Shown: positions 28,201 through 39,617 of the stretch, piece after piece
Position numbering within the stretch: position 1 is the stretch's first letter
How the letters are laid out: the number at the start of each line of letters is the position of its first letter
NCBI GenBank assembly: GCA_040954595.2
Contig: CM082589.2
Location: forward strand, 4,168,213-4,232,212
DNA length: 64,000 bases
Source: Balanoglossus misakiensis
Lineage: Eukaryota; Animalia; Hemichordata
Direction of reading: 5' to 3'
Translations under genes and position numbers: made by a program
Notes under the pieces: model-generated
Databases searched by the model: none
What the model was told of the DNA's origin: nothing
The model's input: only the letters and a program-made list of their open reading frames with translations

Positions 28201-31186
28201 TTTTGGATGATTTTCATGAGCTATAACCCATGGTTTTTTCAAAAAAAATGAAGAAATTTTGATATTTCGCAAAGTCGAAAACTTGTCATTTTGAGATGAT
28301 TTTCATGAGCTATAACCCATGGTTTTTTCAAAAAAATGAAGAAATTTTGATATTTCGCAAAGTCGAAAAATTGTCATTTTTGGATGATTTTCATGAGCTA
28401 TAACCCATGGTTTTTTCAAAAAAATGAAGAAATTTTGATATTTCGCAAAGTCGAAAACTTGTCATTTTGAGATGATTTTCATGAGCTATAACCCATGGTT
28501 TTTTCAAAAAAATGAAGAAATTTTGATATTTCGCAAAGTCGAAAAATTGTCATTTTTGGATGATTTTCATGAGCTATAACCCATGGTTTTTTCAAAAAAA
28601 TGAAGAAATTTTGATATTTCGCAAAGTCGAAAAATTGTCATTTTTGGATGATTTTCATGAGCTATAACCCATGGTTTTTTCAAAAAAATGAAGAAATTTT
28701 GATATTTCGCAAAGTCGAAAAATTGTCATTTTGAGATGATTTTCATGAGCTATAACCCATGGTTTTTTCAAAAAAATGAAGAAATTTTGATATTTCGCAA
28801 AGTCGAAAAATTGTCATTTTTGGATGATTTTCATGAGCTATAACCCATGGTTTTTTCAAAAAAAATGAAGAAATTTTGATATTTCGCAAAGTCGAAAACT
28901 TGTCATTTTGAGATGATTTTCATGAGCTATAACCCATGGTTTTTTCAAAAAAATGAAGAAATTTTGATATTTCGCAAAGTCGAAAACTTGTCATTTTTGG
29001 ATGATTTTCATGAGCTATAACCCATGGTTTTTTCAAAAAAATGAAGAAATTTTGATATTTCGCAAAGTCGAAAAATTGTCATTTTTGGATGATTTTCATG
29101 AGCTATAACCCATGGTTTTTTCAAAAAAATGAAGAAATTTTGATATTTCGCAAAGTCGAAAAATTGTCATTTTTGGATGATTTTCATGAGCTATAACCCA
29201 TGGTTTTTTCAAAAAATGAAGAAATTTTGATATTTCGCAAAGTCGAAAAATTGTCATTTTTGGATGATTTTCATGAGCTATAACCCATGGTTTTTTCAAA
29301 AAAATGAAGAAATTTTGATATTTCGCAAAGTCGAAAAATTGTCATTTTTGGATGATTTTCATGAGCTATAACCCATGGTTTTTTCAAAAAAATGAAGAAA
29401 TTTTGATATTTCGCAAAGTCGAAAAATTGTCATTTTTGGATGATTTTCATGAGCTATAACCCATGGTTTTTTCAAAAAAATGAAGAAATTTTGATATTTC
29501 GCAAAGTCGAAAAATTGTCATTTTTGGATGATTTTCATGAGCTATAACCCATGGTTTTTTCAAAAAAATGAAGAAATTTTGATATTTCGCAAAGTCGAAA
29601 AATTGTCATTTTTGGATGATTTTCATGAGCTATAACCCATGGTTTTTTCAAAAAAATGAAGAAATTTTGATATTTCGCAAAGTCGAAAAATTGTCATTTT
29701 TGGATGATTTTCATGAGCTATAACCCATGGTTTTTTCAAAAAAATGAAGAAATTTTGATATTTCGCAAAGTCGAAAAATTGTCATTTTTGGATGATTTTC
29801 ATGAGCTATAACCCATGGTTTTTTCAAAAAAATGAAGAAATTTTGATATTTCGCAAAGTCGAAAAATTGTCATTTTTGGATGATTTTCATGAGCTATAAC
29901 CCATGGTTTTTTCAAAAAAATGAAGAAATAATGATATTTCGCAAAGTCGAAAAATTGTCATTTTTGGATGATTTTCATGAGCTATAACCCATGGTTTTTT
30001 CAAAAAAGTGAAGAAATTTTGATATTTCGCAAAGTCGAAAAATTGTCATTTTTGGATGATTTTCATGAGCTATAACCCATGGTTTTTTCAAAAAAGTGAA
30101 GAAATTTTGATATTTCGCAAAGTCGAAAAATTGTCATTTTTGGATGATTTTCATGAGCTATAACCCATGGTTTTTTCAAAAAAATGAAGAAATTTTGATA
30201 TTTCGCAAAGTCGAAAAATTGTCATTTTTGGATGATTTTCATGAGCTATAACCCATGGTTTTTTCAAAAAAGTGAAGAAATTTTGATATTTCGCAAAGTC
30301 GAAAAATTGTCATTTTTGGATGATTTTCATGAGCTATAACCCATGGTTTTTTCAAAAAAGTGAAGAAATTTTGATATTTCGCAAAGTCGAAAAATTGTCA
30401 TTTTTGGATGATTTTCATGAGCTATAACCCATGGTTTTTTCAAAAAAGTGAAGAAATTTTGATATTTCGCAAAGTCGAAAAATTGTCATTTTTGGATGAT
30501 TTTCATGAGCTATAACCCATGGTTTTTTCAAAAAAGTGAAGAAATTTTGATTTTTCGCAAAGTCGAAAAATTGTCATTTTTGGATGATTTTCATGAGCTA
30601 TAACCCATGGTTTTTTCAAAAAAGTGAAGAAATTTTGATATTTCGCAAAGTCGAAAAATTGTCATTTTTGGATGATTTTCATGAGCTATAACCGATGGTT
30701 TTTTCAAAAAAATGAAGAAATTTTGATATTTCGCAAAGTCGAAAAATTGTCATATTTGGATGATTTTCATGAGCTATAACCCATGGTTTTTTCAAAAAAA
30801 TGAAGAAATTTTGATATTTCGCAAAGTCGAAAAATTGTCATTTTTGGATGATTTTCATGAGCTATAACCCATGGTTTTTTCAAAAAATGAAGAAATTTTG
30901 ATATTTCGCAAAGTCGAAAAATTGTCACTTTCGGATGATTTTCATGAGCTATAACCCATGGTTTTTTCAAAAAAATGAAGAAATTTTGATATTTCGCAAA
31001 GTCGAAAAATTGTCACTTTTGGATGATTTTCATGAGCTATGACCCATGGTTTTTTCAAAAAAATGAAGAAATTTTGATATTTCGCAAAGTCGAAAAATTG
31101 TCATTTTTGGAAGATTTTCATGAGCTATGACCCATGGTTTTTTCAAAAAATGAAGAAATTTTGATATTTCGCAAAGTCGAAAAATT
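13281..31186. repeat. 88-bp AT-rich satellite tandem array, ~203 copies
   Basis: Consensus TTTCATGAGCTATAACCCATGGTTTTTTCAAAAAAATGAAGAAATTTTGATATTTCGCAAAGTCGAAAAATTGTCATTTTTGGATGAT is repeated head to tail with few variants. The first few units at the left edge are diverged. Confidence 0.98.
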
Positions 31187-31218
31187 TATCAAATTTAACT
31201 GAAATATATGTAGTGATG

Positions 31219-31676
31219 CATACATACATACATACATACATACATACATACATACATACATACATACATACATACATACATACATACATACATACATACA
31301 TACATACATACATACATACATACATACATACATACATACATACATACATACATACATACATACATACATACATACATACATACATACATACATACATACA
31401 TACATACATACATACATACATACATACATACATACATACATACATACATACATACATACATACATACATACATACATACATACATACATACATACATACA
31501 TACATACATACATACATACATACATACATACATACATACATACATACATACATACATACATACATACATACATACATACATACATACATACATACATACA
31601 TACATACATACATACATACATACATACATACATACATACATACATACATACATACATACATACATACATACATACA

Positions 31677-31708
<32 letters not shown>

Positions 31709-31739
31709 CATACATACATATACATACACATAGTACATA
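31219..31739. repeat. (CATA)n microsatellite, ~122 perfect units to 31706 followed by a short degenerate tail
   Basis: Directly visible; it explains the MYVC/HTYI repeat ORFs. Confidence 0.98.
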
Positions 31740-32096
31740 GGAGTCTATTTATTCAATTATATTTCAAGGTATGTAAACTATGCTTTTCTTCTCTCAGTGT
31801 TCAGTGACTGATATTGGTCATGTATAACGCGTAATCTCTTTAACGTTTCTTTTATCTGGTTAATCTTAATAGAGTTTAAAGCAGTCCCTTTTTTGAACTT
31901 GATTCAAGCGTTAGTGATCAATCTTTATCGAACCCCTGTCGGCTCACAAAGTGCGTCACGGTAGTAATCCTCAACTGGGATCCGTTTTGTAAACATAAAG
32001 AGAAATATCACTTGTAGGCCTCTATCGTCCTGGTTTCCAATCATTGTACTTGTTACAATCAGTTTAAAATGCAGAAATACTACAGATCCTTAAGTA

Positions 32097-32275
32097 TTTT
32101 TTTTATTAATCTTTATTTCAGACACAATCGTCCATAGAAATTAGTTATAAAAAAACTGGCAAAAATCACTAGAAAACTAAAAACTAAAATAAGTTAAAAA
32201 AAACACACTATTAAGCGTGAAAATGGTACTGCCCCGGGAGTGATTCTGACACGCGATCACAAGTCTTAGGCTTAC
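32097..32275 (-). mobile_element. Possible 5'-truncated non-LTR retrotransposon 3' end
   Basis: The minus strand reads as a T-rich tract, then CTATGGACGATTGTGTCTGAAATAAAGATTAAT and a poly(A) run. This resembles the TATGGAC...GTCTGAAATAAA tails I recall from some LINE families. No RT domain is present and the 5' limit is uncertain. Confidence 0.35.
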
Positions 32276-35200
32276 TGCCCCAAAACAAGACGCATAAAAG
32301 TATATTCCATTCAGAGGAACCACATACTATTTGCAAAAACGTATCATTTTGACAGTGTTACAATACATTCGATTAAGTTCTGTAATTCTTCACGCCTTCA
32401 GACCTCCACCGGGAATTCGCGCCTTTGTATTCTTTTCACTGTAGTGCAATAGTATTAAGTGATTACGTCTTTCCTCGCGCTAAGCCGCCTTTTTTGCAAG
32501 ATAACCGCGTGCAAAATAATTTCTTCTCGCCGTTTTTGCTGACTGCGGAGACTTCACACAAATGTTTGCCTGTGGCGTTTGCTAATGGAAACTTGATGTG
32601 TTTTTCCGAGAAGCTTCATTGAATTAGGCGGCATGATCTGGTAACAGAAAAAAGGCAAAAACGTATACATGTAGTATGCGTTCAGAAAATGAAACTCATA
32701 AGAATATCCAGATATGGATATGGAACACTCTAAGCCTGTATGCATGCATGTTATTACTTTGCATGCGAAAAACATATAAATAAGACTTTTCGTGGTATTT
32801 TAATTCAGTCACTGACCTATCCTCTGTCGATGTGACCAGTCACACAAATCACCATAGTTTGAAATCGAGAAAACTGCCTGTCGACGTTCAAATATCTAGC
32901 TTTTGCAGGGTCCGTGAATTCAAAACACGTTTTCGGATTAGTTTCATGATGTGCAGATGTGTAATCAAATTTGCGGCGTTTCATTTACGACGGAATGACC
33001 GATTGCTTTTCTCTCGACTAGTTGAAAGTCATTCTGTATATATCTGCTTTGCAGAGTCATGTTTGATTACTTAAATGTTATCAGACGTTCTCCACGTACT
33101 GTTTTGGAGTTATTGAGCCACAAATCACGTGATGTTTCCCTTACCCCTGTATGTGCACGATTCAAATTTTTGTCTTGACCGAGAAATCTCACATACATGT
33201 TCTTAACATAGCCAAATGGGTTAAGTAGACATTTAAAGGTATAGTTTGAGGACACTGAGAACACGAGAGTGGGATATAGGAACTGTTGAAACCACCGGTT
33301 CATTTGAATTCAGTGTGATCATGTTAGATGGTGCAAATAAATTTATGACATAGATTTCGCGCTCGTTCTCACATTACGATAGCCACGGCACAGATTTATG
33401 CTTTTGAAAAGTTCACTAACTCAAAGGCCGTAGTCTTTTATACATTTGACACTGCATCGATATCACTTTCTATGTGCGTGTAGGAATACATTAAAAGTAA
33501 TGGAATTCAAATAAAATAAGCTGATGTATACACGTACATGTCTGTGCATATTGCGTATGGCTGACTTCCTGTTGGTTGCGCGTATATACTTCACAAAAGA
33601 AACATGATCTTTGAGGCGGCTGAATACCCCTTTTGACGTTTCAGCAGTCACAATCAAGATGTCTGCTAGGACCTTTTCAACATTTATTTCTTATATAAAC
33701 CGCATTCCAAAGCAAAACGAGCTTGATCCAATTCTCCTAGATATCGATCCACAATGCGAGTACATACATGTACGCACAGTGAATTCAGTAGTTACAAGCG
33801 GCAACCTCGCCATCGGCGATGACTACATGACGTCGAAATCACACAAGTCAACCATAAAGCACTCGGCGCGTCTCCTTCCCCGGTGGATTCTTGTTGATCC
33901 GCGTTCTGTGCCATCTCTTCGGCAGCTGTGCCTCTCGCCCAGGGCTGCATGCGCAAACTGCGTAAAGAGGTTTGAGAACGAGCAGGGAAATCAAAAGCAA
34001 AACAAGCAGACGGCATGAATACGTAAATAGTTATGACAAAGGCAGGCGATTTCACGCAATTAACAGGCGTCGCTGAATTTACGGCGCAAACACGGTTTAT
34101 TTCAGTCTCTCTCTCTTGTAAAAGAAACTACAAGTTTCAATGCAGGTTTTAAAGGTTCTATTCCCCGGCTGGGATAACACCACGATCGCTTAGCATTCCA
34201 TTACACCCGTGGCGACAGAACCGGCATCGCGCACCGGGTTTAATTTGCCAATCGAATCTGCAAATTGGATGCGGACGAGTTTGCGTGGCATTGCCAATAA
34301 GAACGACAGACATTTGCTTGTTGACACGGTCGCCTCCTTGTGCTGCCTCATTGCATTTACAATGCACGTCTATCTCCATCGTCGGGCGTCGGATATGAAA
34401 GGTTTGTGATCTCCAGTGGCAGGCCGCCCACACACGCCGAGGAATTGATCGTCGTTGGGGACACGGCAGAGAAAGGATTCATTTTGTCTTGAATGCGATT
34501 CATTACAGGTTGCTCGCTAGAATATGTAATCAAGATGATGTACAATGCAAACATTGGCTACAAACACATCTTTGCCACCGCATTTAATACGTTGTATACA
34601 TCAATGGTAAACTGTATAACATTTTTATGACAACGTTGATGGCACTAGTAAGTTGATAACGTTAACCGATCGAGTTATCATCTATGAAAAGACTTGAAAA
34701 GTACATCATTAGCAAAACCTGTAGCACAGACGTACATGTTCGAGAAAATGGATAGATAGATAGGTTGGTTGGTTCAAGGAACATCAATCTTTTATCCCGT
34801 CATATAATCCATTTTAAGATCAAGTCACACTTTCGCTGTGACATTTTCGAAACAGTGGTATCCATTAGTGCGTGATCGAAACGTTCGTGGAAAATCCTGT
34901 CTCTTGGGGACAATTTACGTCTGAAAGCCGAGCCCAAGTGTTGAATAATATTCTTTAAAACTTTACAAGTTGTGTTTTCGACGCCTCTTTCCATTAGCGT
35001 GGCTAGTAATAATAATTCATATAATGTCGACAGAAACATCGCTTCTTCTTAATTACGATATAGTGTAATTGCGGACATTTCCGCACTGTGTGGTGCACAC
35101 TAATGTTGGTCACCATTATTATCACTTCTTTCCTTTTCTTTTATTCGTTTTGAAACACATATACAATACAAATTACTCAGAGCCAATGAGCTTATAAGAG

Positions 35201-35404
35201 TAATTCACCTGCATTGAAGACAGTTTTTTCTAAATTAACTCCGATGTTCAGCCTAGTCGTAAGATTCGACGCCGAGGGCGCTTGTCTGGGGTGGCAACCG
35301 TGGAATCAGTACGCCATATTGTGAAAGAGGTATACCGCTATTGCAAATTTTGACCCCTTATGTAAATCGATCGTATATATTTGATCATCATCAGAAGAGA
35401 ACAG

Positions 35405-35631
35405 TCAAAGTGTGCTTTCTTTCAGCGTCACGGCTAGCTTTTCGTCGACAGTGTCTATCTGATTGTACGGATCTTTGCCCACCACGCGATCCGTATCCCT
35501 CTTCAGTGACTGTAGGCGCTGTCTGGCAGTACAGCATTCAAATGTCAACAATATAACGCCACCCAGTAAAAAGCAACACCCATAGAAATAAAACGAATAG
35601 TCGTAGTCTCCAGTGACGTCATAAATATACC
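35405..35631 (-). CDS. SLC16: SLC16-like coding exon 4 (absent from the ORF track)
   Basis: ccctttcAG|GGTATATTTATGAC; translates YIYDVTGDYDYSFYFYGCCFLLGGVILL...KESTL*. Confidence 0.85.
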
Positions 35632-35746
35632 CTGAAAGGGATAGACATTGTGATCCGGTAATATTGTGATATTATTACATATAGCATCGGAAAGTACAAA
35701 GCAATGTGAAGGATTTCTGAAATACATATATATATATATATATTAC

Positions 35747-36570
35747 CTGCACAAGCTGGGCCGAGCATTCCACCAGTACCTGTGAACACCATATTGATTC
35801 CTGTTCCCGCCACGAAAAGCTCTGCAGAGAGTATGCCCTTGACGACTACTCCGCCAAGCGAAAGTCCTAGTCCGCTCAGGAATCCAATTGCGACAGCAAA
35901 GAATGCATGGGCGGCGAAGTGTGGGCCAGTGAACTCAGCAGACACGCGATGCCAGCCAGGAGGAAGGCCAGGCCCAGCCATAGGAAGCAAGTCACGTGCT
36001 TAAACCGGCAGCACGGTAGGAGAGCGGGCGTTATTCTGCCGAAAATGCCGCCGATTCCGAGCAGCGAATTGACGAGCGCGATCCCTTGGGGAGTGGCGAT
36101 GTTCTGGTCGGCGCCGCGGGCCACGATGTACGCCGGCAACCCCATGAACCCCAGACCGATCGCGGTGAATGTCGAGCAGACATAGGCGATGTATGCCGGG
36201 TGATCTCTGAATATGGTACAGTCGCAAACTTTAATCAATCGCTGGACACTGGTAAGCGGAGATTTACCAGCTACATCTTCACGGGTGGCGTTTTCAGTTG
36301 TAATACCAATCTCTTCTTCTTCTTCCTCCGAGACAACTCTGGACTTGAATAAAGCAGCGGATATAGCCATCTGCGCGTTTAATGAAGAGTACATCAACAG
36401 AGCACCGCGCCAGCCGTAATTATCAATGCACATTTGCAGTAATGGCGGGAATATAAAGGCCCCAATTCCACTGGCAACAGCTACAAGAGAATTTGCTAGC
36501 ACAAAGCGTTGCTTTATAAACAGAGCGATGATTCCCGTACCAGGCGTCAAAGCTGTCCCATGACCAAGTC
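35747..36570 (-). CDS. SLC16: SLC16-like coding exon 3 (frameshift at ~35918)
   Basis: tttcttAG|GACTTGGT ... GCAG|GTAATA. Hydrophobic sequence switches from the 35876..36667 frame to the 35619..35990 frame. Confidence 0.82.
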
Positions 36571-36692
36571 CTAAGAAACAAAAAAGAGAAACGGTGTTAA
36601 AACAAACGATCATGTGAATCGCACATATTAACACAGGCGAGGTTGACATAGATATTACCATTGTCAATTAGAGGAAATAATGAACTTCTTAC

Positions 36693-36836
36693 CCACCAGA
36701 ACTCCCAGGCTAATATACAAGAACTCAATATTCGGCGCAAATGAACTCGCAAAGAAACCAAGTGTGGATAAGACCGTCCCGCACATGACCGTCCGTCGAA
36801 ACCCGATTTTTTTCACGCAGACGTTTGATACTGGAC
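36693..36836 (-). CDS. SLC16: SLC16-like coding exon 2
   Basis: tttacAG|GTCCAGTA ... GTGG|GTAAGA; 144 nt, phase 1-1. Confidence 0.88.
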
Positions 36837-36881
36837 CTGTAAATACAAATGATGTACGCACTAATGATATGACGTGACAAA

Positions 36882-37128
36882 AGGTTGCCCAAGTGTCACC
36901 TGTTGTATACATGTAAACTACCGATAAGTGCGCAGAAGTGATAACTGTACGCGTGTCACTGACCATACCAACTGAAAAGGCTGTGGTGAGTACAGGTGTC
37001 AGAGATTTGGGTTAGGGCGAACCTGAAATTCCGAGGTTGGTCACGTGTCACCTGTTGTAAATTACCGATAAATGGGCAGAAGTGATAATTGAACGCGTGT
37101 CACTGACCCATACCCACTGACAAGCTGT
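36882..37128. repeat. Imperfect direct repeat (~95 bp x2) in SLC16 intron 1
   Basis: GTGTCACCTGTTGTA..TACCGATAA..GCAGAAGTGATAA..ACGCGTGTCACTGACC occurs at ~36882-36985 and ~37034-37128. Confidence 0.8.
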
Positions 37129-37672
37129 AGTTCAACGTTGTAAACAATTCTGTCCCATATAACGGACAGCGGAAATGGATGGACGGTTGGCCCCACAGTA
37201 ATATTGCAGTGTTGATTAGATTTCTCACGGTACATGTGTGGGTTTAAAATTAAAGAAACGTCACTGGGTACATGTATATTAGTAATGCAAATTAGGCCTA
37301 CTACCCAAAAGTGAGAGTGCATGTGTTATTTAGAAAAGGCGCGATGCGTGTATGTAGTATATATGCAGCATTCGGATTCGGGTGCCGTCGTGTAAATATC
37401 AGTTGACGTAGAGTGGCGACGATGTACTGACGCGGGTGAGTCAAACGCATGTCCGTGTTCAACAGTTGATTAATGATATACCAATGACCATTATCTGGTT
37501 CATAGCATGTACTGTGTGCGTGCGTGCATCCGTGTTTATTCCAGAACGAGCATGGTGTTGGCATAGTTTGTACATAGTTGTACATGAGCTAATATATCTC
37601 GGTATCTATTTTGGCACACGCCTGGTGGGAAAAATCTTCATTTCCAACAAAATAGTTCGTCATGAAACTTAC

Positions 37673-37904
37673 CGAAACCAAAGGAGATGACTATGAGCAG
37701 TGACAGTATCACCGAGGTGCGGAGAGCGGTTTCCTCGAAGCTGTTTTGAATGGCCACGAGGACGGGGCCGAGGGATTGCACGATGCCACGTATGAACATA
37801 CTGCAGAGGGTTGAGCCGAAGACCACAAACCAGCCCTGACAGCCGCCATCGCGGGAGTCTGCTCGTTTTCGTTGTGGCCGACCTTGTCCGGTGTGTGACT
37901 CCAT
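37673..37904 (-). CDS. SLC16: SLC16-like coding exon 1
   Basis: MESHTGQG...DGGCQGW...SFGF; ends TTCG|GTAAGT. Confidence 0.8.
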
Positions 37905-39411
37905 GGTGTAGTTTGTCGTCGCGGAATGGACTTTGACACAAGCGATATATATAGACGTGCACATGTACCTGTAAATGGAGTTATGCAAATAACTTGGTCT
38001 CCTTGACTGTAGCTGTGGTCCGACCTATAGGCCTACGCGTGCCATCTGAACAATCAGCATACAGTAGCTGTACGTGTTTTATTTCGACATCAAACCAGGT
38101 CCAAAAATAAATACCATTCAGGTAATTTTATTACCAGGTCCAGGAAAGAAATAACTAAAAAAAGCTCTGCGTACCACACGTTATACATCTATTCAGGTAA
38201 ATCGAAGTATAGCAAACCGAAAGCAAACGCACAGCACAGGTGCTGTATATCGACGCATCCAGGTGCACTGTCAAATGAATGTCATATTAAAACTCTGGTG
38301 CCGTTAACAAGTATTCTGCTTGTGATCTCTTCATGATGAATGACACGACACTCTCTGACGCAAGCGATGACGCCGACGCGCTCACGGTCTAATTACTTCG
38401 AAAGGAATCCATATTTTTCTCCTCGTGGCACTGTACAGTTCACAATCGGGCGAGGCTCTGGGCTCGTTGTTTTGACAGGATGCCCATCCGCCCGGCTTGG
38501 ATATGCAGACTAGCAATTTAAATGGTCTTCACAGCAGACTGTCTCCGCTCCACACACACATTAAGGGAATACACACAGATAGACCTGGATGCTTGAGGCT
38601 ATGTCCCCTTTCATGTTCTGAGAGTATATTACAACCCACAGACAAAACTCAATCATTGCCGTCGGAATGTCTCAACAGTAAACAGGCGAGCCAGCGGGAT
38701 TCAATCTGCTAAGCACTCTCTGAATTTTAACATAAGCTGCTTCACGAGAACGCTTTTACAAATAAGTAATTTAATGCACATATTTTTTCACACACCTATC
38801 ACTTTGGTATTAAAAACACCATTTCATTAATATTAATTATTTGACTAAATGGTAAACTATACATGCTGTGTTATGTTAGTAAATCCTGACGTCGTTTTGA
38901 AGTTCCCCGTCTAACTTCCTCGGAAACTGAGATGATCGACTTAAGATATCGAGATGGTTGTCTGTGCAAGATATTGCTGGAAAGTATTGAAATTAAGCGT
39001 CTAGTATTTCTAATCTGATATCGATTTCTATTTTGTGCTTGACTATCTACATGTATCTTTGCCAGTGTGCACTACTGGCGTGTGTCTATTGAGACACAAG
39101 AGTTCGCGTTGATTGACAAGTGTTCCTTGATCGTCCGACCGACTTCATTGCTCTCACGTTATCAAGCTCAATTGGAGTTTACGCACATGACAGTGTTTAC
39201 ACGCCCCGGTTCGCCAATTAAAGTTGATCCACGCTAACTGCGCAGGTGTGTGGATAAAGGATATCGACAGATAATTTGTCAATTTGACACAGGCGAGAGT
39301 AGTTCAGTCTCCCTCGCGTTTCATCCGCTAAGTGGAACGCGAATCTTCAGAATCGAGACCCTAAAACCTACGTGATAGAGCTAAATATTCCCGTCAGAAT
39401 CAATACGTCGG

Positions 39412-39617
39412 CTACATGCGGATTTTATCCGACGAACGCCTCAGCATGGACAGTGAGATCTGCTCCGTCGTGGTGTACATGTTGTACGACTTGGAGTGCG
39501 TGCTGCTGTTGAACAACGAGGTGCGATAGCCCGGGCGACGTCTTCGAACTTGTCGTCTGGGTTTACAGCAACCACAGCACTGCTGAAATGCCGCACGGAA
39601 CTCCCTGCGAAACTTGA
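39412..39617 (-). CDS. HCRTR: Receptor C coding exon 5
   Basis: ttattcacAG|TCAAGTTT; stop at 39412. Confidence 0.9.

Larger units (their letters stand above)
35405..37904 (-). pseudogene. SLC16: SLC16 / monocarboxylate transporter-like MFS gene with a one-base frameshift near 35918; complement(join(35405..35631,35747..36570,36693..36836,37673..37904)), ~475 aa if repaired
   Basis: DGGCQGWFVV (variant of the DGG.GW motif), GPVSNVCVKKIGFR, IFPPLLQMCIDNYGWRGALL, GIFGR and GPACAG|YIYDVTGDYDYSF are present. There are three phase-1 GT..AG introns. Exon 3 is 824 nt where a multiple of 3 is required. It may be a functional gene with an assembly error. The start codon is uncertain (in-frame ATG also at 37964). 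Confidence 0.8.

Noticed and set aside
13281-31186. CRISPR-like array, or coding repeats (MKKPWVIAHENHPK ORFs)
   Set aside because: Units are contiguous with no unique spacers, the context is eukaryotic and there are no cas genes. The 67-aa ORFs arise only where a homopolymer indel makes an 87-bp unit.
31118-31740. Long ORFs of MYVC / HTYI repeats
   Set aside because: Translation artefacts of the stop-free (CATA)n microsatellite.
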